NCBI RefSeq assembly: GCF_001194135.2 | Contig: NC_068991.1 | Location: 53,554,308-53,618,307, forward strand | DNA length: 64,000 nucleotides | Reading direction: 5' to 3' | Source of the DNA: Octopus bimaculoides | Taxonomy: Eukaryota | Shown here: positions 50,993-64,000 of the stretch, piece after piece | Layout: every line of letters starts with the position of its first letter | How positions within the stretch are numbered: the first letter of the stretch is position 1 | Translations under genes and position numbers: made by a program | The notes under the pieces: generated by a model | The model's database searches: none | Seen by the model: the letters and a program-made list of their open reading frames with translations, nothing else | Told to the model about the DNA's origin: nothing

Positions 50993-52270
50993 CGAGAGGT
51001 GTTCATCAAAGATTCCCTCTGACCCACTTCCAGTTATTGCAGGAAACGGAACTTGTACGAGTATAATTATACATGTCTCTACATGTCACGTTGTAAATTG
51101 CAGCTTTCCACTAGTAATAGTTTGTCTTTTACGGCTGCTGAAGTGGACTAAGGTGTTATAATGGAGGCAGTTGAATGCAGATCAGTAATCTGGTTCTTAT
51201 ACCTGAAAAGTCGTACACCAAAAGAGATTTTCGATGAGATGAAAGAAGTCTATGGTGACGATGCACCATCATAGGACGTAGTCAAACACTAGCATCGCTA
51301 GTTCAAATGTGGTGGGACATCGGTGGAAACTGCTCCTATTCCTGGACGACCACATTCCGCCATTTCCATAAAGTAGAAATAGTCATTTTGGAGGTTAGCC
51401 GCATAACTATTCGGCAACTAGCCCAAGACGTGAAGATAAGTGAAGGGTCCGTGAAAAAAATAATTCACGACCAATTGTACATGCAGTAGTTGTCTGCACG
51501 ATGGATTCCCCGTTTGCTCACACCTTTTCAGAAGCAGGAACGAGTCAATTGTACTCAGGCTCTTTTGGCAATGAGCCAAAAAAATGAAGAGGACTTTTTC
51601 GGTAGACTTATCACACAGGATGAAATATGGGTCCATTACTATGATCCTGAGATTAAAGTCCAGTCGAAGTAATGGAAGCACGATAACTCACCACCTCCAA
51701 AGAAGGCTCGTGTTCTACCCTCAGCAGGCAAGATGATGCTCACAGTCTTTTGGGATCAATGTGGGGTAGTGATGATGGATTTTCTAGCAAAGCGCACCAC
51801 AGTTAACGGGGAATATTATACTTCTCTGCTGCAGAAATTGCGTGACGCCATGAAAGCAGAGGTGCGTGGCATGTTGACCAAAGGAGTCCACCTCTTCCAA
51901 GACAACGCCCCAATTCACAATGTGTATGTTGCCCAGATGAAAGCACACCCCTGCGGCTATGAAATCCTTCCTAATTCTCTTTACACTCCTAACCTCGCAC
52001 CATCTGATTTCCACCTCTTTCCAATCATGAAGTCTTTTTTGAAGGGAAAGCACTTTTCAGATGATGAACTTATTTCCGAGGTAAAGTCTTGACTCCAGAC
52101 GTAACCTACCGACTTCTACAGATGAGGTCTTCACAGCTGCATAAAGCGATAGGAGAAGTGTGTCACTTTTGGTGGTGGCTATGTAGAGAAGGACTTATAA
52201 TTAAGCCAAGTTTCGCTTATCCCAGTCCTTGGGAAGGGGGTCAGGGGAAATCTTTAATGAATATCCCTCG
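50993..52270 (+). mobile_element. Full-length mariner (irritans-like, DD34D), inactive
   Basis: About 40-bp TIRs (CGAGAGGTGTTCATCAAAGATTCCCTCTGACCC and its reverse complement), TA TSD at 50991 and 52271, 1278 bp. Confidence 0.96.
51161..52200 (+). pseudogene. Mariner transposase pseudogene
   Basis: MEAVECRSVIWFL, PGRP, WIPRLL, QDEIWVHYYDPE, FQDNAPIH and YTPNLAPSDFHLF, with 34 residues between the last two Asp. Several stops. Confidence 0.93.
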
Positions 52271-52921
52271 TATTAAGTTTTTAAACATCACACTTTAAGT
52301 AGGGAAGCATAAAAAGATAATGTTATGGCATTATTTTGATTAACTATAACAGTTTCAAATTTTGGTACAAGGTCAGTAATTTTAGTGCGAGTAGGTTAGT
52401 CGATTACATCGATCCCAGGGCTCGACTGGTACTTATTTTACCCCCCCCACCCCATGACGGACGGCAAAGTCAATTTCGGCGGAATGTGAACTCAGAATGT
52501 TGTAGAGCCAGAAAAAAATGCCGCTAAGTTAACGATTCTGCCGGCTCGCTGCCTTATTAATGGTAATAATGGTTTCTTATTTTGGTACAAGGCCAGCAAC
52601 CACGGCGGAATTTGAACTCAGAGCATGAAGACGGACGAAATGCCGTTAAGCAATTTGTTGCACTTAAATAGAAAGAAGTGGAGAAAGATTGAGCACTCAA
52701 TAAGTAGACTAGTTACGTAACCACACATGGAATCGAAAAGAAATCGAAGAGATCGGTCAAGAAGAACCTGATTGAGTGTTTACTGGAGGATGTCAAGGAA
52801 GTAGAGGTACGCTAAGGGCGAACTAGTGAGCCTGGCTCAAGACAGGAAACGGTTAAAGAACACTACCAGTGGTCAAGGGACAATAACAACAACAACAACA
52901 ACAACAACAACAATAATAATG

Positions 52922-52964
<43 letters not shown>

Positions 52965-53170
52965 TAATAATAATAAGAAAAAACAATGAACATCAGCAGA
53001 AACAGTGTCACATGAATTGCTTCCAACAGAACAGAAATCAAACATTTGTCGATAACTGTTCAATATTTGACTTTTGTCATAGAAAAATGTAACGGTTAAA
53101 TAGCTCAAGTTGATTTCATTGAGGGAGAATTCATGAAAAATTAGTAGAGCCTTATTTTCTGTTTTTAATC

Positions 53171-53807
53171 NNNNNNNNNNNNNNNNNNNNNNNNNNNNNN
53201 NNNNNNNNNNNNNNNNNNNNNNNNNNNNNNNNNNNNNNNNNNNNNNNNNNNNNNNNNNNNNNNNNNNNNNNNNNNNNNNNNNNNNNNNNNNNNNNNNNNN
53301 NNNNNNNNNNNNNNNNNNNNNNNNNNNNNNNNNNNNNNNNNNNNNNNNNNNNNNNNNNNNNNNNNNNNNNNNNNNNNNNNNNNNNNNNNNNNNNNNNNNN
53401 NNNNNNNNNNNNNNNNNNNNNNNNNNNNNNNNNNNNNNNNNNNNNNNNNNNNNNNNNNNNNNNNNNNNNNNNNNNNNNNNNNNNNNNNNNNNNNNNNNNN
53501 NNNNNNNNNNNNNNNNNNNNNNNNNNNNNNNNNNNNNNNNNNNNNNNNNNNNNNNNNNNNNNNNNNNNNNNNNNNNNNNNNNNNNNNNNNNNNNNNNNNN
53601 NNNNNNNNNNNNNNNNNNNNNNNNNNNNNNNNNNNNNNNNNNNNNNNNNNNNNNNNNNNNNNNNNNNNNNNNNNNNNNNNNNNNNNNNNNNNNNNNNNNN
53701 NNNNNNNNNNNNNNNNNNNNNNNNNNNNNNNNNNNNNNNNNNNNNNNNNNNNNNNNNNNNNNNNNNNNNNNNNNNNNNNNNNNNNNNNNNNNNNNNNNNN
53801 NNNNNNN
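53171..53807. other. Largest assembly gap; other N runs start near 1196, 3201, 7220, 21886, 24101, 37960, 39861, 43009, 46252 and 50651
   Basis: N runs, most of them abutting microsatellites. Confidence 0.99.
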
Positions 53808-54375
53808 TTAAGTGCAGCGGTTCTCAACCACAACTACCAGGGATGTATACGGCCTTCAAGCAAGCATCCTTCCGGCGAGCCCCGACAGTCTTCCTGCTAT
53901 AAATATGACAAATTCTTCTTTAATTGTTTTACTTTTTTTTGGTTCGGCCCACCAAAAATTCCAGACTTTGGATCTGGTCCGGGTATTTAAAAAGTTGTGA
54001 ACAAATGGTTTAGTGACTCAGAATACGAGGAAAACATGAGGAAAATATGAGAACTTTTCCAATTTTTCTTGCGTTGTGGGTTACTGAATAAGAGTAATTT
54101 TCAGCAATGATGAAGAAGATCATACCAAGAGTTGTAAATGTTTTGTTAATAGGTAAATCAATTTGTGGAGTTAAAATATTTTGATGAAAATAATATGTTG
54201 ATGTTTAACCCGAGACATCTTTAATCTTTTATTTGTTTTAGTCATCAGACTGCAGCCATGCCTTGAAGAATCGATCCCAGTACTTATTATTTTCTAAAGC
54301 CTGCTATTTATTCTATTGGTCTTTTTTGTTGGACCGCTAATTTATAGGTGATGCAAACACACCAACGCCGGTTGT

Positions 54376-55211
54376 CAAGCAGTTTCGCAACCATAGGATG
54401 AATTTGATTAGATAAAATGCTTAAATAGTCTTGACTATTAACTTTGCCACGAAGGGAAACCATTGGGCCGGCGGATTTCCAAGATATAACCCCCCAGATC
54501 ATCATAACAGTTGGAAGAAGGCAGTCTGGGTTAAATGCTTCTTTTGGTTGTCTCCATACGTATACTCAGCCAGTGGTCGGAAATAAGGTAAAGGATGACT
54601 CGTCCAAGAAAATAACATTCTTCCACTGCTCTAAGGACCAATTCTGTAGGTTTTTACTCCACTCTAAATGCTTTGCAACGTTTGTTTTTGAAAGTAGTGG
54701 TTTTCTGACTGCAGCCCTCCCGTGAAATCAGGTTTTGTGCAGTTCCCGGAGAATACTTTTTGTTGAAACTGGGTTCTTGAGGTGGTCATTAAGCTCTGCA
54801 ATGATTTCTAACAATTCGCGTAAGAGTCCGACGGTCCCTATCTGAAAGTTTTGGTTTTCTTCCAGAGTTTTGTTTCGACGAGGAGGTTTTTTCCTCTTTC
54901 TGAAAGGCTGTCATTACTTTTGAGACAGTACTTCTTGATACACCAAACATTTCGGCTGTTTTCGTTACGCTAGCGCCTGCCATACGAGCACCAACAATTT
55001 GACCTCTTTGAAAGTCCGATAGATCTGTCATTTTAATGAATTTTAATTTCCTCATTCTGATGATATAACAAAAACCCAGCAATTTTAGCAAAACGTATTA
55101 AGCAACACTAATAATAAATCAAAAAGCATAAAAATAAACAAGCTTTTGACGGTTTTATAGATATTTCAAAATTATGATGGTAGGTGTTTCCATTATTTTG
55201 TCCAACCTCTG
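54376..55211 (-). mobile_element. Tc1-like transposon, 3'-truncated, nested in a family A SINE
   Basis: TIR CAGAGGTTGGACAAAATAATGGAAACACC plus TA. Peptides MTDLSDFQRGQIVG, GRKPKLSDRDRR, IFLDESSF and MIWGVIS. Confidence 0.93.
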
Positions 55212-56472
55212 TATATATATATATATATATATGACAGGCTTCTTTCAGTCTCAGTGTATCAAGTCCACTCACAAGGCTTTTGTTGGTTAAAGTAAAAAAA
55301 CACTTACTCAAATTACCAAGCAGTGGGACTGAACCTGTAACCGCGCGGTTGGGAAGCAAGCTTCTTACCAACCAGTCACTACTGCACCTATGTTTAAAAA
55401 TAAAATTAAAATGAACATTACTGGATATGTTAAAACAGTGAAACTAATCTTAAATGATATCTGTTATATTTTTGTCCAAAGGTCAATTCAATAATCAGTT
55501 TATTATCGTTTTAATAAATTCAGTCCATATAAATATATGTAGTCTTAGAGTATAAGAAATTTCAATTGAAAGTTCAAAAGACGAAGCATTGGATCAGGAT
55601 AAGAGTATTTCAATTTCCATTATTGCGGGAGCCACGTCACAACTCTAATACAACCTAAGTCTCGTGTTCTCTCAGACAAAAATAAGTCACTGAATTATGT
55701 ATAAGGCTGAATAATAATGGTATAAAATTCTCTCATTTTCTTTTACTCACTCATTTCTCTTCCCTCTATTTTCTATCCTTTTCCCCTCACATCTCTTCCG
55801 CCGAACTATAACACTTGTTCTTTCCTTTCTCTCGTTGTTTCTTTTTTTTTTTTTTTTAGTTTATTTACGCAATGGCTTTTATTTCAAGTTTTGGTGCACT
55901 CACTGGCTACATTGTACTGTGCAACTACGATGATGTGTCTTATATATCTTACATAATGTGCATTATATACAAGAGAGTTACTATGTTGTACTCTAACATA
56001 TTATATTACTCCCGGGGCTTACAATAGCAATGACGATTTTTCACACACTAAAAGGAAATTAATATTTGGTTAATTATTATTTATCTGCTTCAGACTGACA
56101 AACTAATCTTTATTAAATCGTGTCATTGTCTGGCGAAATTGAGGAACGGATTAAACTGTATTGATAATTCTTGCTAGATTTCCTGTTTATGCTCTCTATA
56201 GTTCATTAAGACTTTCATACAGAAATCATTCCAAACTGGTTTTGATTATCAACGGATAATTGTTTTAGAGAGGCATTTACGTTGCATCAGGGCTTTCAGT
56301 GTGGTCACGTGATAATATCAACTTCTAAATCAGGCCGTGTGGTTAAGAAGCTAGCTTTGCAGCTACATGGTTTCAAGTTCAGTCTCATTTTCGTGGTACT
56401 TTGGAGAAGTACCCTGGGTTGGTCAATACCCTATGAATAGATTTGAAAAGCAGAAACCGTGGAAACTCGTCG

Positions 56473-56555
<83 letters not shown>

Positions 56556-56558
56556 CTA

Positions 56559-56590
<32 letters not shown>

Positions 56591-56859
56591 GAGGGGTATG
56601 TATGCATCTCTGCGTTTGTGTATGCCTACACTACCACTTGACAACCAATGTTATTTTGTTTGCCTGTTTCGGCAAAGAGGGCGATAGATTAAGTCCCAGA
56701 AAAAGTAAAGCGTACGGAGAAAAATAAACGAAAGAAGTTAATGTAATAGTATCATTTTGATAGTTATTTCGAGTGCCCCATGGCTTATGCTGTAACCATG
56801 TCCCTATATAATAAAGACACATGTTGTATATAATAACAAAAGTTCCTATGGGTCTGCCA

Positions 56860-57230
56860 GGTTACCCTCGTCAGAAGATGACAAATGTATATTTTGTAGC
56901 AGTGTTTATAAATATAAAGGTTTGCAGAGAATAGTATGGGCTAGTAAGGAAATAAGTAGAGAAAAGAAAGGGAACTGAGACAGAGTGGGGAGGTTAAACA
57001 GGAGTTAGTGTAATGAAGACATCAGTTGATGAATACCAGAGACAGATGGGAGATAAAGTTTAATGTAATAACGCCAAGGAAGGCATCAGCAGTAAGAGCC
57101 GGTAGGAAGATAAGAAGATTCTAAAAGAAAACAGATACAAGTCAATAGAATGGTAGAGGAGGTACGGCGCATTGGTAAGAGAGGGGTGGGGAGAGGAAGG
57201 AGTTTGAGAGAATTACAGTCTGTAAAAAGG
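56860..57230 (-). mobile_element. Decayed L2/CR1-group LINE 3' fragment
   Basis: LKLLPLPTPLLPMRR-type C-terminal signature. Confidence 0.45.
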
Positions 57231-57237
57231 AGGTTGT

Positions 57238-57620
57238 GGAGGCGCAATGGCCCAGTGGTTAGGGCAGCGGACTCGCGGTCATAGGATCGCGGTTTCGATT
57301 CCCAGACCGGGCGTTGTGAGTGTTTATTGAGCGGAAACACCTAAAAGCTCCAAGAGGCTCCGGCAGGGGATGGTGGCGAACCCTGCTGTACTCTTTCACC
57401 ACAACTTTCTCTCACTCTTACTTCCCGTTTCTGTTGTGCCTGTGATTCAAAGGGTCAGCCTTGTCACACTGTGTCACGCTGAATATCCCCGAGAACTACG
57501 TTAAGGGTACACGTGTCTGTGGAGTGCTCAGCCACTTGCACGTTAATTTCACGAGCAGGCTGTGCCGTTGAACGGATCAATTGGAACCCTCGACGTCGTA
57601 AGCGACGGAGTGCCAACACA
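57238..57620 (+). mobile_element. OR-like tRNA-derived SINE, CpG-intact
   Basis: Near-identical to 8517-8886; approximate TSD AAAAAGGAGG. Confidence 0.92.
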
Positions 57621-57629
57621 CCCAAAAAG

Positions 57630-59200
57630 GAGGCTAGTTATACTTTAAAAATTATGATTTAAGGCAACAAGAGAAAGTTTTGTAGTACTTATGTTAGCAC
57701 GCGAAAATTACGTGAGAGAAGCGATTTAGTCGAGAGCATTCGATGTGGTGTACAATAATGAGTCACTCATGGTAACACAGTTGGCAGGTTCACCTGACCT
57801 CTGTGTAGGAAATTATATCACACACTGTAGACTAGAACAGGTTATAGGCTAAGTCGTCAGCCTTGAGGTGCATATGTCGGTGGCGATGGAGGGTGGATTA
57901 TTTCGTGTTGCACCTCGAAAAATAGCTCAGGTGTGCAAATTAACGTCGTTTAAAATAAATCGTACCGCCATTGTAGACTATGGATGTGTGGGTCTGTGGG
58001 GGTTGTGACAATATATTTATGCAAACCGTTATAGCGCACACAATAGTCATTCAATGAGCAATTCCGTGGTGCTTTACAATTGCATGCTTTCTTATTGTAG
58101 GTTAAACGTGGTTTCATTTAAAGCTCATGATAATTATTTCAATTATTAATCTTATAGATGGAACCAGAGGTATGAGCATCACTGTTTGCGAGATGGAGGG
58201 GGTTAGCGTATTTAGGATGAAGAAAGTCAGGTTTATAGTTATTGCAGATAGGTGCACCTAACTTATTACAGTTGGCGGCAATGATATTTTGTCGAGAGTT
58301 ATGTTTATTTACATTGCTAAGTTTGACATTATGATAATTGTATGCTACGTTGTAAGTATTTGTTATTTGACTTAAATATATTCTATTTCTCTTATTTGTA
58401 TAACTATGCTCGGAAATGCAATTAACTAGGGAATGCAATTAAATAAATTTGTACAGAAGACGATGAATTACGAGATTTCAGTACGTCATCAATAGGAAAG
58501 TATTGTGTCTACACTACACACATATCTGTTCGCTTCTTGATCCTAAACTACTAACCTAATCCATTCGCTCCCTATGGATCTTAGGCCATTGACGACCCTT
58601 CTTCACTATTCTTGACTCAGGGCTGTCTTTTCTGGTTTTCTCCCTTTGGATCTCTTATCTTTCAGCTTTGCTTCCAAATTTTTGTAAGACGTCCTCTCTC
58701 CTACTTCCCTTGTGAGTTCCAGATCAGGACCTGAAGCATACAACAGGACATTCGTTTCATTAAGGTGTGGCATATCCATCTTCACTTGTGCTTCAGGGTC
58801 TTTTCTTCCGCTGGCACCTACCCCATCCGCACCTTCTGCCAAAGCCCTTCAATTTTGATGTTTCTCTTGGTTGTCAGAAGCTTACTTGTAGTTTACTTTT
58901 GAATTTTGCTGCACCGCCTCATTCATATGTATCCCTGAAGGAAGGTCTTCCTCTATTAAGTCTTGTTGGTTTTGAACTGCCATCGATGCTTCTCTAACTT
59001 TGCTTTAGATAGAGGTGTTGGCCCTACGCAAACTCATTTTTACCGCTGTGAAAAAGCGGCTCTTATTAGTCTGGCTTCTATCCTTAGACCTGTCAAGCAT
59101 GGGAGCCATATCAGGGGTTTGTGCTCTGCTTGCATAACTCTCTGGGTCGTTTAGGCACACAGGCCACTATATTGCAGCAAAGACTGGACCTTGTGTTAAT
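57630..59200 (-). pseudogene. Mosaic of decayed LINE coding fragments (I-like C-terminal Zn motif, SGNH-like ORF1 piece, low-complexity ORF with in-frame stops)
   Basis: TCQLC...HHIECSRL at about 57730-57830; IYLSQIT...LHL at 58139-58438; one frame with 3 stops at 58606-59150. Confidence 0.4.
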
Positions 59201-59761
59201 TGATTCTTCATTAGTGTCTCACACAATTTTATCCATGATAAATAGATATTTATTGAAGAGTTATTTTACAGAATGTCAAAATAAGATAAATATATGCCGA
59301 AAATGTGAACTTCAGTAATTTTTTAAATACCTTAAAATGGTAAGAATAGCTAAAATATATTTGACTCTTCTGGTTATTTATAAACATAAGTTACTGACTT
59401 CTCTCATTCTGATTTCAAATTTTGGCACCAGGCCAGCAATCTTGGGAGAGGGCAGAAATCAGTTATACAGACTCCAGCAAGTACCAATTGGCACTTATTT
59501 TATCGACCCCAAAAGGATAAAAGATAATGTCGGCCTCGGTAGAATTCGAACTCAGAACGTACAGACGGACGAAATGCCGCTAAGCATTTTGCCCGACACG
59601 TTAATGATTCTGCCAGCTCACCGCCTTACTGACCCCTATCATTTTAATTCATCATCAAAATGGGAACTTCCTAAATTACAGCATTGAAATCAAATCAAAT
59701 GAAATAATTCTATATATAGCGTATGCAAAACTGACTGTTTGGAAAATATTGTTATTACCCG

Positions 59762-59810
<49 letters not shown>

Positions 59811-60411
59811 TTCTAATTTTGGTTCAAGGCCAATAGTTATAAGGAATGGTGGAAAGTCGACGACATCAACCCAAGTACTTGTCCGGCATTTATTTTATTG
59901 ACTCCGAGGGAATGAAAAGCAAAGTCGACTTCGGAGGAATTTGAACTCGGAACTCAAAGAACCTGAAGTAATACCGTTATGCATTGTGTCCGGCGCGCTA
60001 ACGATTCTGCCTGCTCGCCCCCGTCATTGAGTATGCAATTAAGGAGATACGTTCATTATCTTTTGTTAACAAGGCCAGCTGTTGGAGTGATCATAATATA
60101 ACAGCTGTTCTAATCGATTCTAGTTAATATGATAGATTACAAGAGCGATTCAAATAAACAAAGTTGACAGACAGCTAAAGAAATCACATGTCTCTTAATT
60201 GTATGTCTTCTCAGTGATTTAGTTCTGTAAATACAGAACTAAACAACTAAGGTGTGTAAGCAAAAGTATGGGTGGGAAAGAGTCCTAAACAAAAGCAACA
60301 CATTGACCGGTTCAATAAACTTTTTGTGAACATAATAATTGCGTTTGAAACCCCGAGAAATCGTCATTTTATGGTAATATCACTTGTAAAACAGAAAAAG
60401 AAATGCTGCTG

Positions 60412-60483
<72 letters not shown>

Positions 60484-60544
60484 ATAATAATAATAATAAT
60501 GATGATGATGATAATAATAATAATAACAATAATAATAATAATAA

Positions 60545-60865
60545 TAGTAATTTCTTTTATTGACCACAAGGGCCCAAAACATGGAGGACAATATCAAAGG
60601 ACGAGTTACAGCACATAAAAACAAAAGAAAAACAAAAGACGAAAGAAAAATAAAATACAGAACCAGGTGGGGGTTTACATCGATCAAAGGGACATACTGC
60701 CTCATTAAAGGATATAACAGAAGATATATAATAAAAATTAGAGAAATAAATAATAAATAAATAAATAAATAGAATCCCCTATAGCGGGGCAGTTCACTTA
60801 GGGTAATTCGGGGTAAACCCCACGCAAAAATCCCAGATTAGACCGCCATACCCAAGGCATGGGAA
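60545..60865 (-). mobile_element. Tx1/L1-like LINE 3' end with (ATT)n tail
   Basis: Minus strand GGGCCCTTGTGGTCAATAAAAGAAATTACTATTATT; same terminus as 34860-34900. Confidence 0.5.
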
Positions 60866-60866
60866 A

Positions 60867-61745
60867 GGGTGACCGGACAATTCCCCGTAAACCAATTCGC
60901 CGTAGGATTATTCGCTGTAAGACAATTCGCCGTATAGATATTTCGCTGCAAGGACATTTTGCTGTAAAGCTTAGAAACTTGAAATTGCGTCGTTAATTAA
61001 ATAAGGTAGAAAAAAGAATAGTATTTCCAGCAGTCATTTTCGGTAATTGCTGAAATGATAATTTAAGAACAGAAAGGTCGTTAAAATTTGAGACTGCATC
61101 GTTAATTGCTGAAATGAGAATTTAAAAGCAGAAAGGTCGTTTAACATTTATTTAAAAATAACAAGCTTATTTTGAAAATTCAAAAGCAAAATACTTGTTT
61201 TGAGAGGTTATCTCAACCGTTTACATTACTTATATTATTTTTCTTTGAAAGTTGAAACTTAAACCCTTACTATTAAAAGCAGCAGAGGTTGTGATAAGTT
61301 CGTAAATGACTCAAACTTTATTTATAGGCAAGAAAGAAAATATGGAAGCAAGGTCTATTGGAAGGATGTTGATACAAATTGTAAGGCAGGAGTTCATGCA
61401 AAACTGAATAGTGAAGCGATTTCTATTTGTAAAATTGTAAGTGAGCATACACATCCATCGAATCCTTGCCAACCAAAAATGCAAGAAACAATAGCAAATA
61501 TGAAACAGAATGTACTTAAATCCCAGTTAGCTTCAAAATGTTTGATGGGTGCCGCATGTGGAGAATTAGAGGATGAAGGATGCTCTCTTATGCCGTCAAC
61601 TTCAAGTTCATCAAGAAACAGAAGACGGAGACAAAAGAAAGAAAAGATCCCTCCTATACCTAGATCAAGAATCGGCTATGTAATTCCCGAGGAATTTACG
61701 TGTTTACAGAACAGAGAAAGATGTTTGTGTTATGTTCAGATGGAG
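60867..61745 (+). mobile_element. MULE/Phantom-like DNA transposon 5' half (subterminal tandem repeats, FLYWCH domain)
   Basis: About 15-bp repeats ACAATTCGCCGTA at 60875-60970. Open frame about 61263-61775: SSRGCDKFVNDSNFIY...VYW...CKAGV...EHTHP. Confidence 0.75.
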
Positions 61746-62965
61746 GACATAACACAAACAAGAAATCTTCTCTGAGCTATTGCACTACTTGTTGAGGAAC
61801 AGAAATAAGCAGTTCGAGGAAAAAGATTGTTCAAAAATAACCCGAAGCAATTCTTCCGAACGTTAGAAGGAGACAATGGGGAAAATGTTACTCTTGATGC
61901 AAATCAAGCCAAGGAGCTCTGGAGCGGATTATGGGGAAACAATGTGGCGCATAAAAGGGATGCAATGTGGATAGGAACTATCAAGACAGAATTACAAGGA
62001 GGAAAGAAACAAAGGAATATTGTCATAAGCACGGTTGACGTGAAAGAACAAGTGAGTAGAATACCTAATTGGAAAGCCCCCAGACCAGATGGAATTCATG
62101 GCTTTTGGCCGAAGAGATGTCACGCGGTGCATGAAAGACTAGCTGCCCAATTAAATGAGTGTGTCCAGAAAGGTACAGTCCCCGCATGGATGGTGACTTA
62201 GAAGACAACACTTATAATGAAAGATAGAAGAAAGGGGAATATTGTAGGAAACTGCCGTCCCATAGCATGCCTAAACATAATCTGGAAGATACTCACTGGA
62301 ATATGTATGGCAATGACATACTTTCCTGGCACAAGAAGAAATACTACGAAGGAAACAAAAAGGATGTAAGAAGAGTTCTCAGGGTACCAAGGATCACCTG
62401 GTCATCGAGAAAACAGTTTTGAGGCATTGTAAAAAACATCATACAAACACGTCTATGGCTTGGATTGACATTAAGAAGGCATATGATATGATGCCTCATT
62501 CTTGGATCGTTGAATGCCTGCAGATGTTTGGTGTTGCTGACAATATCACAGATTTTCTGATGCACAGCATGAAAGAATTGAACACCAAATTGTACTCAAG
62601 TAATGTATTCCTTGGAAAAGTTAATATTAAAAGGGGAATCTTCCAATGTGACTCGTTTTCTCCGCTACTATTTGTAATTGCCCTAATACTCATAACAATG
62701 ACACTTAGGAAAGTTAAGATGGGTTACCGATCTAGGAAGAAAGGCCTACCATCGAACTTTTTTCTGTTTATGGATGACCTGAAATTGTTTAGGAAATCTG
62801 AAAAACAGATAGATTCCTTAACCAAAACTGTCCAGAAGTGTGGTAGGGACATTGGTATAGAATTTGGGATTACCAAATTCTCAGTACTTAATATGAAAAG
62901 AGGATAGAAAGCAGCCTACAAAGGATTGCGGTTACCATCTGGAGAGACCATGGGTGAACACAACG
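61745..62965 (+). mobile_element. Dong/R4-like LINE RT fragment interrupting the MULE
   Basis: Peptides KAPRPDGIHGFW, WIDIKKAYDMMPH, GIFQCDSFSPLLF and LFMDDLKLF. Confidence 0.92.
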
Positions 62966-63379
62966 ATAGTGTCTCCTCTTGTTCTTTAATGAAAAAGCTA
63001 TACATAAATATATTTTTTTCGCTTAAAATAATGTGCATTCTACAAGTGTAGACAATTATGATATTGTTGTTAGGGTCGCCCTTTATTGCATTGATGCAGC
63101 AAGGGTCAGTTGCCTGCAGCTCAATGGTTTTAGCTTTCTTCCACTTCCTCCACTTGACGCAATTAAATCTGAAAAATAAGTATCGAGGTTCCTGTTTTTG
63201 TTATTGTTGTTGTCGTTGATGCCGACCTTTTAGTTGTCCTGTTTCACTTTCTCACAATATTTTTCAGATCACTTTTTAACTCGTCTTCCTCAGTTTTCTA
63301 ATCAACTACTGACCAGCTATATACATCTAAGCCTCCTCTCCCCAAACTCTATCTCTCACTCTTATCTCTCTCCTACTCC

Positions 63380-63424
<45 letters not shown>

Positions 63425-63769
63425 TCTCTCACACACACACTTTTGTCCAATTTCTCGGACGCCTCATACTAATAACGAAAGCAATTATCTCCAGTGACAT
63501 GTTCCAACAAATATAATAAATCAAACTCGAAATGTTTTAATTGGTTCACCATTTTCCATAGAAATGAATTCAAACGAATAAAACAATTAGCAAACTCAGA
63601 GAATAAAAGCATAGTTTAAAAGTTACAATTAAAAATGCTTTCAAGATCGTATTTTTCAATTCTGCTTCATCTTTTGTCTTTCGTTACAGTTATTGGCCTG
63701 CGGTCATACTGGAGCACCGCCTTGAACGGTTTTAGTTAGACAAAATTAGACAAAAGTGTGCGTGTGTGT

Positions 63770-63813
63770 GTAAGAGAGAGAGAGAGAGAGATAGAGAGAG
63801 AGAGAAAGAGAGG

Positions 63814-63850
<37 letters not shown>

Positions 63851-63965
63851 GGGAGCGGGAGAGAGATGAGAGAGAGGGTGAACGAGAGAGAGAGAGACAA
63901 GGTAGGGCGGGAGAGAGATGAGAGAGAGGGGGAGCGGGAGAGAGAGAGACGAGAGTGAGAGAGAC
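63770..63965. repeat. (GA)n-rich microsatellite; other major tracts: (TAC)n 37315-37375 and 60410-60482, (AAT)n 48990-49070 and 52885-52975, (TATC)n 56473-56560
   Basis: Direct inspection of the sequence. Confidence 0.9.
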
Positions 63966-64000
63966 AGTTTGGGGAGAGGGGGCTTAGATTTATGTAGCTG

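Overview
AT-rich, microsatellite-dense animal genomic DNA from a gapped short-read assembly. The SINE, RTE and mariner content suggests an octopus (inference from repeat families). One protein-coding gene is well supported: a spliced + strand gene (coding exons 19216-19421 and 26207-27149, 382 aa) with a type II membrane anchor and a GT-A-like domain, probably an unclassified Golgi glycosyltransferase. Several weaker short-exon candidates lie upstream and downstream. The rest is mostly transposon debris: three mariners (two with both TIRs), one Tc1, a FLYWCH/MULE fragment, RTE, Dong/R4-like, L2/CR1, I-like and Tx1-like LINE fragments, several tRNA-derived SINE families (often in head-to-tail arrays) and TTAA-flanked MITEs. 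The most interesting signals are: (i) a ~650-bp foldback in the gene's intron whose arms each carry a type I hammerhead ribozyme motif, one structurally intact, plus two further Penelope-type hammerhead remnants; (ii) a sharp CpG-decay boundary near 34 kb, recorded by paired SINE copies; (iii) inverted RTE copies and a (TA)n tract around the exon encoding the membrane anchor. No CRISPR array, rRNA gene or true tRNA gene was found.
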